Shown: positions 9,447-18,154 of the stretch, in pieces
Layout: each line of letters starts with the position of its first letter
How positions within the stretch are numbered: the stretch's first letter is position 1
Source: Verrucomicrobiota bacterium
Lineage (GTDB): Bacteria > Verrucomicrobiota > Verrucomicrobiia > Limisphaerales > Palsa-1400
Reading direction: 5' to 3'
NCBI GenBank assembly: GCA_049513975.1
Contig: JBEKVM010000001.1
Location: 7,836-71,835, forward strand
DNA: 64,000 bases
The notes under the pieces: generated by a model
Told to the model about the DNA's origin: nothing
The model's input: only the letters and a program-made list of their open reading frames with translations
Databases searched by the model: none
Program-made: the position numbers and the translations under genes

Positions 9447-11315
9447 ATGAGATCTATTTTTACGCGCCGGCCGCGGTCGCGGCCTTTTCTGGCCGCCGCC
9501 CTGTTGCTGGCCGGCTGGCCGGCTGGGTTTTTCAGCGCGGCGCCGGCGCAGACGGCGGAAGAGGCGGTCCCGGCGCCGGAGTTTGCCATGCCGGGCAAAG
9601 ACAGCCCGGAGTCGGCCTGGTGGCGCAATTCGATGAAGACGCACGACAAGCGGATGGAGTGGTGGCGCGAGGCGCGCTTCGGAATGTTCATGCACTGGGG
9701 CGTTTATTCGAGCCTGGGCAATGAATACAAGGGCCGCAAGGGCGGGACTTACGCCGAGCATATCATGCGGATTTTGAAGATTCCCATCGCGGAATATCGC
9801 GCGGAAGTGGCTGGCCGTTTCTTTCCCAGCAACTTCAACGCCGACGCCTGGATCAGCCTGGCCAGCCAGGCGGGGATGGGCTATCTGGTCATCACCGCCA
9901 AGCATCACGACGGCTTCGCCATGTGGCCGACCAAGGTCAATGATTACAACGTGATGGACGCCACGCCCTGGCATCACGACCCGATGAAGGATTTGCGGGC
10001 GGCGTGCCAGAAGTACGGGGTGAAGTTCGGATTCTATTATTCCCACGCGATGGATTGGGGCCATTCCAACGCCCCCGGCAACAACTGGGAACTGCACAAT
10101 CCGTCCTCCAACAACTGGTGGGAGACTCAGCCGGAGTTCGAGGCCAGGGCCGGGAAATATGTGGACGAAAAGGCCATTCCCCAATTGCTGGAGTTGATCA
10201 AGAATTACGACCCGGATATTTTTTGGTTTGACGTCCCTTCCCATCTCCCGCCGTCGGAAAATTACCGCATCATGAAAGCTGTGCGCCAGGCATCACCGCG
10301 CGTGGTGATCAACGGACGGCTGGTGCGGGGCTGGGGCGACTACGATTCGACCACGGACAGGCCGGCGGAATTTCCGCCCCATGCGGGCGATTGGGAAGGC
10401 ATTCCCACGACGGACGAATCCTATGGCTGGAGCAAATTTGACATTTCGCACAAGCCGCCCTCGCACTTCATCCAGTTGCTGGCCAAGGCGGCGGCGCGCG
10501 GTGGGAACATCCTCATGAACATCGGCCCGATGGGCGACGGCAACATTGACCCCAAGGACGTCGCCATCCTCAAGGGCATCGGCGACTGGTGGCGGGTCAA
10601 CGGGGATTCCATCCGCGGCACGGCGCGCACGCCGCTGGCGGCGCAGGCGTGGGGCGAATCCACCCGCAAGGGCAGCACGCTTTACCTGCACGTTTTCAAC
10701 TGGCCGGCCGACGGGCAGTTGGTCGTCGGCGGATTGAAGTCGAACGTGAAGAATGTCACCGTGCTGGCCACCTCGCAGGCCATCCCGCTGGCCATCCGCC
10801 GTTTGAACCCGTTTGATATCAGCATCGAAGGCCTGCCCGCCGCCGCCCCGGACAAGGCGGATTCCGTGCTGGCGCTGGAATGCGAGGGCGACATCGTGAC
10901 GGACACTAATCTCCTGCTGCAATCGGCGGTGGCCGCCAATATCTTGCGCGCGTTCGATGGCGAACTGCGCGGCAAAGGGCTTAAATTTGGCCCGGGCAAA
11001 AAAACCGACGCCTATGTGGAGAATTGGAGGCAAACCAATGAATTTGTGGCGTGGCCGGCGCGGCTGGCGGCCCCGGCCAGTTTTGACGTCGGTGTACTTT
11101 ACGACGCGCCGGCTGGCTCGGCGGGCGGGACTTTCGCGGTCAACATCGCCGGGCAGAACTTGGCGGGGACGGTCCTCACGGGCACGAATGTGTCCGCGAC
11201 GCTCGGTCGTGTCCGGTTGGAACCGGGGACGCTTGAGATTCAATGGCAGGCCGGAACCATCCGGGGCGGGGAGTTGATGCGTCCGCGCAGTTTAGTATTG
11301 ACTCCAGCCCCTTGA
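9447..11315 (+). CDS. Alpha-L-fucosidase (GH29) with C-terminal accessory domains
   Basis: Signal peptide, then WWREARFGMFMHWGVYS and ITAKHHDGFAMWPT, which are typical GH29 motifs. Confidence 0.85.
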   Translation: MRSIFTRRPRSRPFLAAALLLAGWPAGFFSAAPAQTAEEAVPAPEFAMPGKDSPESAWWRNSMKTHDKRMEWWREARFGMFMHWGVYSSLGNEYKGRKGGTYAEHIMRILKIPIAEYRAEVAGRFFPSNFNADAWISLASQAGMGYLVITAKHHDGFAMWPTKVNDYNVMDATPWHHDPMKDLRAACQKYGVKFGFYYSHAMDWGHSNAPGNNWELHNPSSNNWWETQPEFEARAGKYVDEKAIPQLLELIKNYDPDIFWFDVPSHLPPSENYRIMKAVRQASPRVVINGRLVRGWGDYDSTTDRPAEFPPHAGDWEGIPTTDESYGWSKFDISHKPPSHFIQLLAKAAARGGNILMNIGPMGDGNIDPKDVAILKGIGDWWRVNGDSIRGTARTPLAAQAWGESTRKGSTLYLHVFNWPADGQLVVGGLKSNVKNVTVLATSQAIPLAIRRLNPFDISIEGLPAAAPDKADSVLALECEGDIVTDTNLLLQSAVAANILRAFDGELRGKGLKFGPGKKTDAYVENWRQTNEFVAWPARLAAPASFDVGVLYDAPAGSAGGTFAVNIAGQNLAGTVLTGTNVSATLGRVRLEPGTLEIQWQAGTIRGGELMRPRSLVLTPAP

Positions 11316-11361
11316 TACCCGGCGCAAGGCTGCCCGGAAACCAGAGTAAAATTTTTCCAGC

Positions 11362-12447
11362 ATGAAAACTTCCAGAAGAGAGTTCCTCAAAACCATGGCG
11401 GCGGCGGGTTTGGGCGCGGCGGCCTCTGCGGCGGCGGGCGCGGAGCAACGTGCCCTGCCGGAAGCCTCGGCCTCCAAGCTGCCTCCGTGGCGCGGGTTCA
11501 ACCTCTTGAACAAGTTCAACGGACGAAATGATCCTTTCGCGGAGCGGGATTTCGAGTGGCTGGCCGAACTGGGTTTCAATTTTGTCCGGCTGCCCATGGA
11601 TTATCGGATGTGGATTGAGGGCGGCGATTGGACCAAGTTCCGCGAAACCACCCTCAAGGAGATTGATCACGCGGTGGAACTCGGCGCCCGTCACGGCATC
11701 CATGTCTGCCTGAATTTCCACCGCGCCCCCGGCTATACGGTGGCCCAACCGCCGGAGGAAAAATCGCTCTGGTCGGACGATGAAGCCTTGCGGGTGTGTG
11801 CCTCGCACTGGGCGCATTTCGCGGAGCGTTACCAGGGCGCCTCCAATCGCCAGCTCAGCTTCGACTTGTTCAACGAACCGCCCAAACTGGAACCGCAAAC
11901 CTACCGGCGCGTGGTCAGCCGCGTTTGCGACGCCATTCGCCAGCGGGACCCCGCGCGCTTGATCATCTGTGACGGACGCGACTGGGGCAACACCGCTCCG
12001 ACCGAACTCGCCGGGGTGGGAGTGGCCGCCGCCACGCGCGGTTATGCGCCCATTCATGTTTCCCATTACCGCGCCAGTTGGATGAACGGGGCGGACCGCT
12101 GGCCGGAGCCAACCTGGCCCATCGAAGAGGACGGCGTTCATTGGGACAAGGCGACGCTCCAATCCCGCCAAATCGCCCCCTGGAAACGACTGGAAACACA
12201 AGGCGTCGGCGTGATGGTAGGGGAATTTGGCGCTTACAACAAAACGCCCCACCCCGTCGTCCTCGCCTGGATGCGGGACTGTGTGGATTTGTGGACGGGG
12301 GCGGGCTGGGGCTGGGCCTTGTGGAATTTCACGGGGGCATTCGGAATTATTGACAGCGACCGGGCCGACGTTGCCTATGAAAACTGGCATGGCCACAAGC
12401 TGGATCGGGAGATGCTGGCGCTGGTGCAAGGCCGCAAGCGGGCCTGA
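11362..12447 (+). CDS. Glycoside hydrolase family 5 (cellulase-like), Tat signal
   Basis: MKTSRREFLKTMAAAGLGAAA twin-arginine signal. GFNFVRLPMDY and FDLFNEPP are GH5 motifs. Confidence 0.8.
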   Translation: MKTSRREFLKTMAAAGLGAAASAAAGAEQRALPEASASKLPPWRGFNLLNKFNGRNDPFAERDFEWLAELGFNFVRLPMDYRMWIEGGDWTKFRETTLKEIDHAVELGARHGIHVCLNFHRAPGYTVAQPPEEKSLWSDDEALRVCASHWAHFAERYQGASNRQLSFDLFNEPPKLEPQTYRRVVSRVCDAIRQRDPARLIICDGRDWGNTAPTELAGVGVAAATRGYAPIHVSHYRASWMNGADRWPEPTWPIEEDGVHWDKATLQSRQIAPWKRLETQGVGVMVGEFGAYNKTPHPVVLAWMRDCVDLWTGAGWGWALWNFTGAFGIIDSDRADVAYENWHGHKLDREMLALVQGRKRA

Positions 12448-12537
12448 GGCCCGGGGGAGCGGCGTGAGCCGGGTTCACTTTTCGCTATTCCCAATTCGCC
12501 ATTCTCCCTGCTAACCTCCCCGCGCCATCATCAGGCT

Positions 12538-13311
12538 ATGCTTGCAAAACGCGTCATTCCATGTCTGGACGTGCATGACGGGAAAGTCACCCGCGGCGTC
12601 CAGTTCGGCAGGGCCGAAGCCGGCGAACTGCGCGACGTCGGCGACCCCGTCGAACTCGCCGTCCGCTACAACGAACAGGGGGCCGATGAAATGGTCTTCT
12701 TCGACATCACCGCCAGCGCCCACGGACGCGCCTCCCTCATCGCCGTGATCGAACGCGCCGCCGACCAGTGCTTCATGCCCCTGACCGTCGGCGGCGGCAT
12801 CCGCTCCGTCGCGGACATGCATGCCATGCTCAAGGCCGGCGCGGACAAAACCAGCATCAACTCCTCCGCTCTCGCCACTCCCGATCTCATCACCCGCGGC
12901 GCGGAAAAATTCGGCAGCCAGTGCATTGTCGTTTCCATTGACGCCAAAAAGACCGGGCCGGACCAGTGGTCGGTTTTTTCGCACGGGGGACGCCGGGCGA
13001 CGGGCCTGGACGCGGTGGCCTGGGCCAAAAAGGCGGTGGCGCTGGGCGCGGGTGAAATTGTATTGAACAGCATTGACGCCGATGGGACCAAGGCCGGCTT
13101 TGATCTGCTCATCACCCGGCGCGTCAGCGAGGCGGTCGGCGTGCCGGTGGTGGCCAGCGGCGGGGCGGGGAGCCTGGAGCACATGGCGGCGGTGCTGCTG
13201 GAAGGCAAGGCCGACGCCGTGCTGGCCGCCGGCATTTTTCATTCCGGCGAATTCACCGTGGGCGACGTGAAAAAGTTTTTGGCCGGGAAAAATATTCCGG
13301 TGCGGCTCTGA
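12538..13311 (+). CDS. hisF: Imidazole glycerol phosphate synthase cyclase subunit HisF
   Basis: [23 protein letters not shown]...LTVGGGIRS...[13 protein letters not shown], full-length HisF pattern. Confidence 0.95.
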   Translation: MLAKRVIPCLDVHDGKVTRGVQFGRAEAGELRDVGDPVELAVRYNEQGADEMVFFDITASAHGRASLIAVIERAADQCFMPLTVGGGIRSVADMHAMLKAGADKTSINSSALATPDLITRGAEKFGSQCIVVSIDAKKTGPDQWSVFSHGGRRATGLDAVAWAKKAVALGAGEIVLNSIDADGTKAGFDLLITRRVSEAVGVPVVASGGAGSLEHMAAVLLEGKADAVLAAGIFHSGEFTVGDVKKFLAGKNIPVRL

Positions 13312-13638
13312 AAATATGGAGGCCAATAAAATGAACTGGGCGGAGGTCCGGCGGCTTGCGAAACTGCCGGAATATCGTAATGTTGCAGAGTGCGTGAAAT
13401 TGGTGAAAGAAGTCGCCGATGAACTCAAAATTAAAAGTCCCTTGCATTCCGATTGAAGGCGCAATCAGCTACGAAGACTGGCTGAAAGGACGACGCCATC
13501 GTCGTGAATTGGGCAACCGGGTCGCCCCCGAAATCCTCCGGCGCCGGAGCAGTTCCAGCGACCGGCGGTTGAAGAAACTGTTCAAGGGCGAACGCGGCCT
13601 GCCCTTCACCCCCACCGAAAAACTTTGAGCGGCAGACA

Positions 13639-13690
13639 TCCTGGGCGACGCGAAACAATTTTTGGCGAAAAAAATTCCGGTGGGATTGTG
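13639..13690 (+). repeat. Second, diverged copy of the hisF 3' end
   Basis: ctgggcgacgcgaaacaatttttggcgaaaaaaattccggtgggattgtga (LGDAKQFLAKKIPVGL*) versus the hisF end at 13258-13311 ([17 protein letters not shown]). Confidence 0.7.
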
Positions 13691-13750
13691 AACACCCCGT
13701 TTGATGAAATCCGCGCCCGGCACAAGATTCCCCGCGGCAAGAAATGAATT

Positions 13751-14107
13751 ATGAATCAATTGACTGAATCCCGCTGGCTGCCGTTCGTATTATTGACTTG
13801 CTCGAACGTCTTTATGACCTTCGCCTGGTACGGGCATTTGAAATTCAAGGACCGCCCGCTTTGGCTGGTGATTATGGCCAGTTGGGGCATTGCGTTTTTT
13901 GAGTACCTGTTGATGGTGCCGGCCAATCGCTGGGGCAGCAACGTCTGGTCGCCCGTCCAGCTTAAAATCGCACAGGAAATCATCACCCTCGCCGTCTTCA
14001 GCGCCTTTGCCATTTTGTATCTCAAGACCGCCATCCGCTGGAACCACCTCGTCGCCTTCGCCCTCGTCGTCGCCGCCGCCGGCTTTGCTTTTCTTCCCAA
14101 AGACTGA
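13751..14107 (+). CDS. DMT-superfamily small membrane protein (DUF486-like)
   Basis: 118 aa, four hydrophobic helices, FMTFAWYGHLKF motif. Confidence 0.7.
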   Translation: MNQLTESRWLPFVLLTCSNVFMTFAWYGHLKFKDRPLWLVIMASWGIAFFEYLLMVPANRWGSNVWSPVQLKIAQEIITLAVFSAFAILYLKTAIRWNHLVAFALVVAAAGFAFLPKD

Positions 14108-14162
14108 GCCGGCTTCCAGCCAACCAGGATTATCCACTCGCGGCAAAGCCTCAGTCTTCGGT

Positions 14163-14217
14163 GGTAGGGCGCGCACTCCGTGCGCGCCGCGGTGGGCAGC
14201 GGAGTGCCCGCCCTACC
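14163..14217. repeat. REP-like element (family B: GGTAGGGCG...CGCCCTACC)
   Basis: ggtagggcgcgcactccgtgcgcgccgcggtgggcagcggagtgcccgccctacc. A longer copy lies at 24860-24950. Confidence 0.8.
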
Positions 14218-14219
14218 CT

Positions 14220-15170
14220 TCACGCCCTGGGATGGGCCTGGTCGTAAGCGCGCTTGAGGCGTTCGGTGGTCAGGTGGGTATAGACCTGCGTCGTCACCAG
14301 GTGCGCGTGGCCGAGCAACTCCTGCACGCTGCGCAAATCGGCCCCGGCATCGAGCAGGTGCGTGGCGAAGCTGTGGCGCAATTTGTGCGGCGTGATTTTT
14401 GGGTCCAGCCCGGCGGCGCGGAGATATATTTTCAAGCGCAACTGCACCGTGCGCGGCGTGAGCGGCGACACTTTATGCGGGCGGGCGAGGAAAACCGGCA
14501 TGGCGCCGGCGGGGTCATAACCCCGGTGTTTCCAATAGGCGCGAATGGCTTCCAGCGCCGGAGCGCCGATGGGCGCAAGCCGTTCCTTTTTTCCCTTGCC
14601 GCGCACGCGCACCAACTGGCCGGGCCAGTCCACATCCTCCGCGCGAAGCTGGCACAACTCGCTCACGCGCAGGCCGCACGAGTAAATCACCTCCAAAATG
14701 GCGGCGTCGCGGAAATACGTGCTCGCCTCCGCCTTCTTTTTCGCTTCCGCTTCGCGCTGCAATTCCTGGCCGGGTGCCCGCAGCAGCTCTTCCAGTTGCG
14801 GCACGGTCAAAAAGCGCGGCAGCCGTTTTTCCCGGGCGGGAAGCGAGAGCTTGCGGATGGGCGAAACGGCGGCGGCGCCATTGCGGATGAGAAACTTGTA
14901 AAAGGAACGCAGCGCGGAGAAGCGGAGTTGCACGGCGGCGCGGCTCAACTGGCCGCGGCCGAGGAAGCGGAGAAAATCCCGGAAATCATCCCGGCCCAGC
15001 GCGTTCCAATCCGGCGGCGCGCGCCGCTGCTGCAGGAACCAGCCGGTGAATTCCAGCAGCGCCTGCCGGTAATTCCTTTCCGTATAAACCGAGGCCCCTT
15101 TTTCGGCGAGAAGATGGCGCAGGAATTTCGAAATCCAAGGATCCATTTTTGGCTCTGGCGGCTCGTTCAT
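14220..15170 (-). CDS. xerC: Tyrosine site-specific recombinase, XerC/XerD type
   Basis: 316 aa. N-terminal SAM-like core-binding domain (YRQALLEFTGWF) and C-terminal R...HKLRHSFATHLL...LGHAHLVTTQVYTH catalytic motifs. No IntI-specific extra segment seen. Confidence 0.8.
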   Translation of the reverse strand: MNEPPEPKMDPWISKFLRHLLAEKGASVYTERNYRQALLEFTGWFLQQRRAPPDWNALGRDDFRDFLRFLGRGQLSRAAVQLRFSALRSFYKFLIRNGAAAVSPIRKLSLPAREKRLPRFLTVPQLEELLRAPGQELQREAEAKKKAEASTYFRDAAILEVIYSCGLRVSELCQLRAEDVDWPGQLVRVRGKGKKERLAPIGAPALEAIRAYWKHRGYDPAGAMPVFLARPHKVSPLTPRTVQLRLKIYLRAAGLDPKITPHKLRHSFATHLLDAGADLRSVQELLGHAHLVTTQVYTHLTTERLKRAYDQAHPRA

Positions 15171-15174
15171 CTGG

Positions 15175-15273
15175 CTTAATCTTAATCCTGATCTTAATCC
15201 TAATCCTAATCTTAATCTTCAAACGCAGGAAGGGGATTAAGATTAAGATTAAGATTAAGATTAGGATTAAGAG
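15175..15273. repeat. Long inverted repeat built from the hexanucleotide microsatellite (about 40-bp arms)
   Basis: cttaatcttaatcctgatcttaatcctaatcctaatcttaatctt / ggattaagattaagattaagattaagattaggattaagagg, lying between divergent xerC and radC. Confidence 0.85.
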
Positions 15274-15343
15274 GGGATCCCGCCTTTTGCCCCGATCAAC
15301 GCGGGAATCTTATTGACGAATCTCTGTTTGGGAGCTTACAACG

Positions 15344-16075
15344 TTGCCCAGAATGAGCGATGGCATCCGTATCAAGGACCTGCCTGAAAATGAACGGCCG
15401 CGCGAACGGCTGGCCGAATTGGGGGCGCAGGCGCTGCGGGATGCGGAGTTGATCGCCATCCTCTTGCGCACCGGCACCAAGGGCCGGTCCGCCGTCCAGA
15501 TCGCCGATGAGTTGGTGCATCGCTTCGGCACGCTCCAGGCCCTGGCCCGCGCCTCCCTGGAAGATTTGCGCGCGATCAAAGGCATCGGGCGGGACAAAGC
15601 CATCGCCCTCAAAAGCGCCTTCACCCTCGCGGCCCGCATGGCGCAGGAATTGCAGGGCGAAGCCCCCCTGCTCGACACCCCGGAACTGGTCGCCGATTTC
15701 CTGCGCGATGAAAACCGGGACTACGACGTGGAACATTTCCAGGCCGTGCTCTTGAATTCGCGCCGCAAACTCATCAAGGTGGAGCAAATTTCCCAGGGGT
15801 TGGTGGACAGCATTTTGGTCCATCCGCGCGAAGTGTTCCGGGGCGCCATTGCCGCCAACGCTTCTTCGCTCGTCCTGGTGCATAACCATCCCAGCGGCGA
15901 CCCCACCCCCTCGGAGTCCGACATCCGCGTGACGCGCGACCTGATCCGGGCGGGGCAACTGCTGAAAATCGAGGTAGCCGACCATATTATTCTGGGCCAC
16001 CGCACCACCGGCAACAGCAAGGGCTATTTTTCCATGCGCGAGATGGGCTTGTTTTTTGCCGCGGCGCCGCCTTAA
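15344..16075 (+). CDS. radC: RadC-family JAB-domain protein
   Basis: IKDLPENERPRERL...LLRTG and the HNHPSGDPTPSESD JAMM motif. Confidence 0.85.
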   Translation: MPRMSDGIRIKDLPENERPRERLAELGAQALRDAELIAILLRTGTKGRSAVQIADELVHRFGTLQALARASLEDLRAIKGIGRDKAIALKSAFTLAARMAQELQGEAPLLDTPELVADFLRDENRDYDVEHFQAVLLNSRRKLIKVEQISQGLVDSILVHPREVFRGAIAANASSLVLVHNHPSGDPTPSESDIRVTRDLIRAGQLLKIEVADHIILGHRTTGNSKGYFSMREMGLFFAAAPP

Positions 16076-18111
16076 CGAATTGTCACTGGACAAACGGCCG
16101 ATGCGGTCTTGGCCGGATCGCTTTCGGATGTGGCGGTGAGGGTGATGGTCCCGGAAGATGCCGCGTTGGCGGCGCGGGTGACAAAAACCGCGATGGAGGC
16201 GCTCTCTCCAAACTTCACGGCGGCCAGGCCGTTGCGCAATTGGGCGGTCCATCCTTCTCCCTGCGCGGAGACGGCAAGGCGGTAGATGTCCGAATTCAAC
16301 CAGGCGGTGGCGTCCTGCGGATGGGACGACGGGTCGGTGGCAGCGGCGGACCCGGTGTTTTTCAGGGTGAAAACGCAGGGAAAACGGGGGGTGGAGACGG
16401 CCAGCGCGGCCGGGCCCGCCAGCGCCACCCCGCGCTGCTGCGGCCCCGACCCGTCCAGCGAGCGCGCGCCCAAAGTGTAGGTGCGGACTCCCTGGGCGTC
16501 GGTTTTGAGGTCAATGACGTAGAAGTGGAGGCGGTTGGGGGTGTCCTCATATTCGTATTGACTGCCGGAGTTGAGTCCGGCGTGAAAAAGGGCGTCGTTC
16601 AACTGGCGGTAATCGGCAATGGTGCGCATGACCGGCTCGCCGTTGGGCCGCTTGAAGTCCAGCTTGTTCATGTCTTCGGGGTGGGCGTCAATCACCCAGT
16701 TGAAACAGTTGAAGCCGTTGGTGCCGCCGTTCTGGCCTTCCCGGTCCTTGTTTTTGGCGATGAGAACGCCGCTGTCCGGGCAAAAGGAATCGTAGCCGAT
16801 GCGCTGCACCGTCTCCAGGCTGTAGAAATTGTAGGCCGGCCGGCCGGGGGAAAGCGCGTTGGTGGCCGGGTCGTCCGGCAGCGTGCGGTCCTGCGGCGCC
16901 TCGCCGTCCAGCCGGACGACCAGGCCGCTGAAGGAATTGGAGCCGCGGGCGACTTCGCGCGCCACGACATCCGCCACGGCCAGTCCCGCCGCCGCCAGGC
17001 CGCTGCGGTTGAGGCGCAGGACGTCATTGGTGTCAATAAATTTGAAATTGAGCTTCTGGCGCACCATCAATCCGGCGGGCATGGAGCCGCCCTCCATCAC
17101 CGGCACGAGCCAGCGGCGATGCGGGCCGCCGGGGCCGTTGAAAGAACCGCGGTCCATGATGTCCCAGGGACCGGCCCCGGCCCGGCGGTAGGGGGTGACG
17201 TAAGGATTATTATTGTTGTCGCCCACGCGAAAGGCGAAATGGGAAATCTCGTGGCGGATGGAGCCGGAACATTCGCCCTGGATGATGGAAGACTCGCTCC
17301 AGAGCATTTCCGCCGCCTTCCAGCTCGTCCAGGGCACATAGCGGCTGACCACCCACCGGGGCAGGTTCGTGTCCGGGTTGCCAAATTCCGGGGTGATGTC
17401 GTCGCGGGTTTGGAATTTCATTTCGCCAAATTCCTGCCAGAGACAGGTTTCGTCGTAGCCGGCGAAGATGCGGAGCACGATGTCGAAATTAGTGCCCACA
17501 TTGGTTCCCGCGTCGGCCCGCCAGAGCGCATCCACAGCCCCGGTCAACCCGCCCCTGCGGGCGGGGGCGTATCCCGAGGGCATGGCGCCGCGCTGATTGC
17601 CGGCCAGGCCGTATTGGAACATTTTTTCGGGCATGTGATACGGGCCAAACGGGGTCGTGGTCACGCCCATCCGGCCGCGGGATTGCTCCATCCAATACTC
17701 GTGGAGGGTGTGGCCGCGGTTGACCGCCTGGGGCTTGTTCCAGAAATCCGCGTAGAACTTCGCCACCGCGACGCGCGGCACCGGGTCAATTTGCGGGTTG
17801 CCGAAAAGGTCGGAATGTTTGGGCAGGGTCATGACAAAGGGCTGGTCGTCGAAATCGGCCAGCAACACGGCGATGCGCATGAGCTTGACCGTCGGCTTCC
17901 TCTCCGGGTCGGCCCAGTTGACGCCCGGAATGGGACGATAACCGGCCCAGGTCATGTCATCCTGGTCCTCGACTTTTTGGGGGTCAATGGCCGCCAGGCT
18001 GGGGGCCTCGCCGCCGGCTTTGGGTTGGGACGGATGGGCGCAGGACAACCCGAAAAGGAGGCCAAACGTCAAATAGAAGAATGGAAAACAAGGCCGGGGA
18101 TGCTTTTTCAT
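16072..18111 (-). CDS. Exported lipoprotein, putative M6 (immune inhibitor A)-like metallopeptidase
   Basis: MKKHPRPCFPFFYLTFGLLFGLSC lipobox. A single HEISH (HExxH) followed by GPWDIMDRG, similar to the M6 pattern. Family assignment is tentative. Confidence 0.5.
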   Translation of the reverse strand: MKKHPRPCFPFFYLTFGLLFGLSCAHPSQPKAGGEAPSLAAIDPQKVEDQDDMTWAGYRPIPGVNWADPERKPTVKLMRIAVLLADFDDQPFVMTLPKHSDLFGNPQIDPVPRVAVAKFYADFWNKPQAVNRGHTLHEYWMEQSRGRMGVTTTPFGPYHMPEKMFQYGLAGNQRGAMPSGYAPARRGGLTGAVDALWRADAGTNVGTNFDIVLRIFAGYDETCLWQEFGEMKFQTRDDITPEFGNPDTNLPRWVVSRYVPWTSWKAAEMLWSESSIIQGECSGSIRHEISHFAFRVGDNNNNPYVTPYRRAGAGPWDIMDRGSFNGPGGPHRRWLVPVMEGGSMPAGLMVRQKLNFKFIDTNDVLRLNRSGLAAAGLAVADVVAREVARGSNSFSGLVVRLDGEAPQDRTLPDDPATNALSPGRPAYNFYSLETVQRIGYDSFCPDSGVLIAKNKDREGQNGGTNGFNCFNWVIDAHPEDMNKLDFKRPNGEPVMRTIADYRQLNDALFHAGLNSGSQYEYEDTPNRLHFYVIDLKTDAQGVRTYTLGARSLDGSGPQQRGVALAGPAALAVSTPRFPCVFTLKNTGSAAATDPSSHPQDATAWLNSDIYRLAVSAQGEGWTAQLRNGLAAVKFGESASIAVFVTRAANAASSGTITLTATSESDPAKTASAVCPVTIR

Positions 18112-18154
18112 GGCTTTTATTGGATGGCCGTGCCGCTGATTCGGGGACGGGCCT

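Noticed and set aside
13419-13628. 69-aa basic ORF in the post-hisF insertion as a confident gene
   Set aside because: It overlaps another short ORF, has no recognisable family, and may be a frameshifted fragment. It is reported only within a finding.
14220-15170. XerC-like recombinase as the integron integrase of the H array
   Set aside because: It is 316 aa with ordinary XerC/D motifs, and no IntI-specific additional segment is visible. It is separated from H1 by radC and two peptidase genes, and no attI-like junction was seen. It cannot be excluded as a trans-acting enzyme, but there is no positive evidence.
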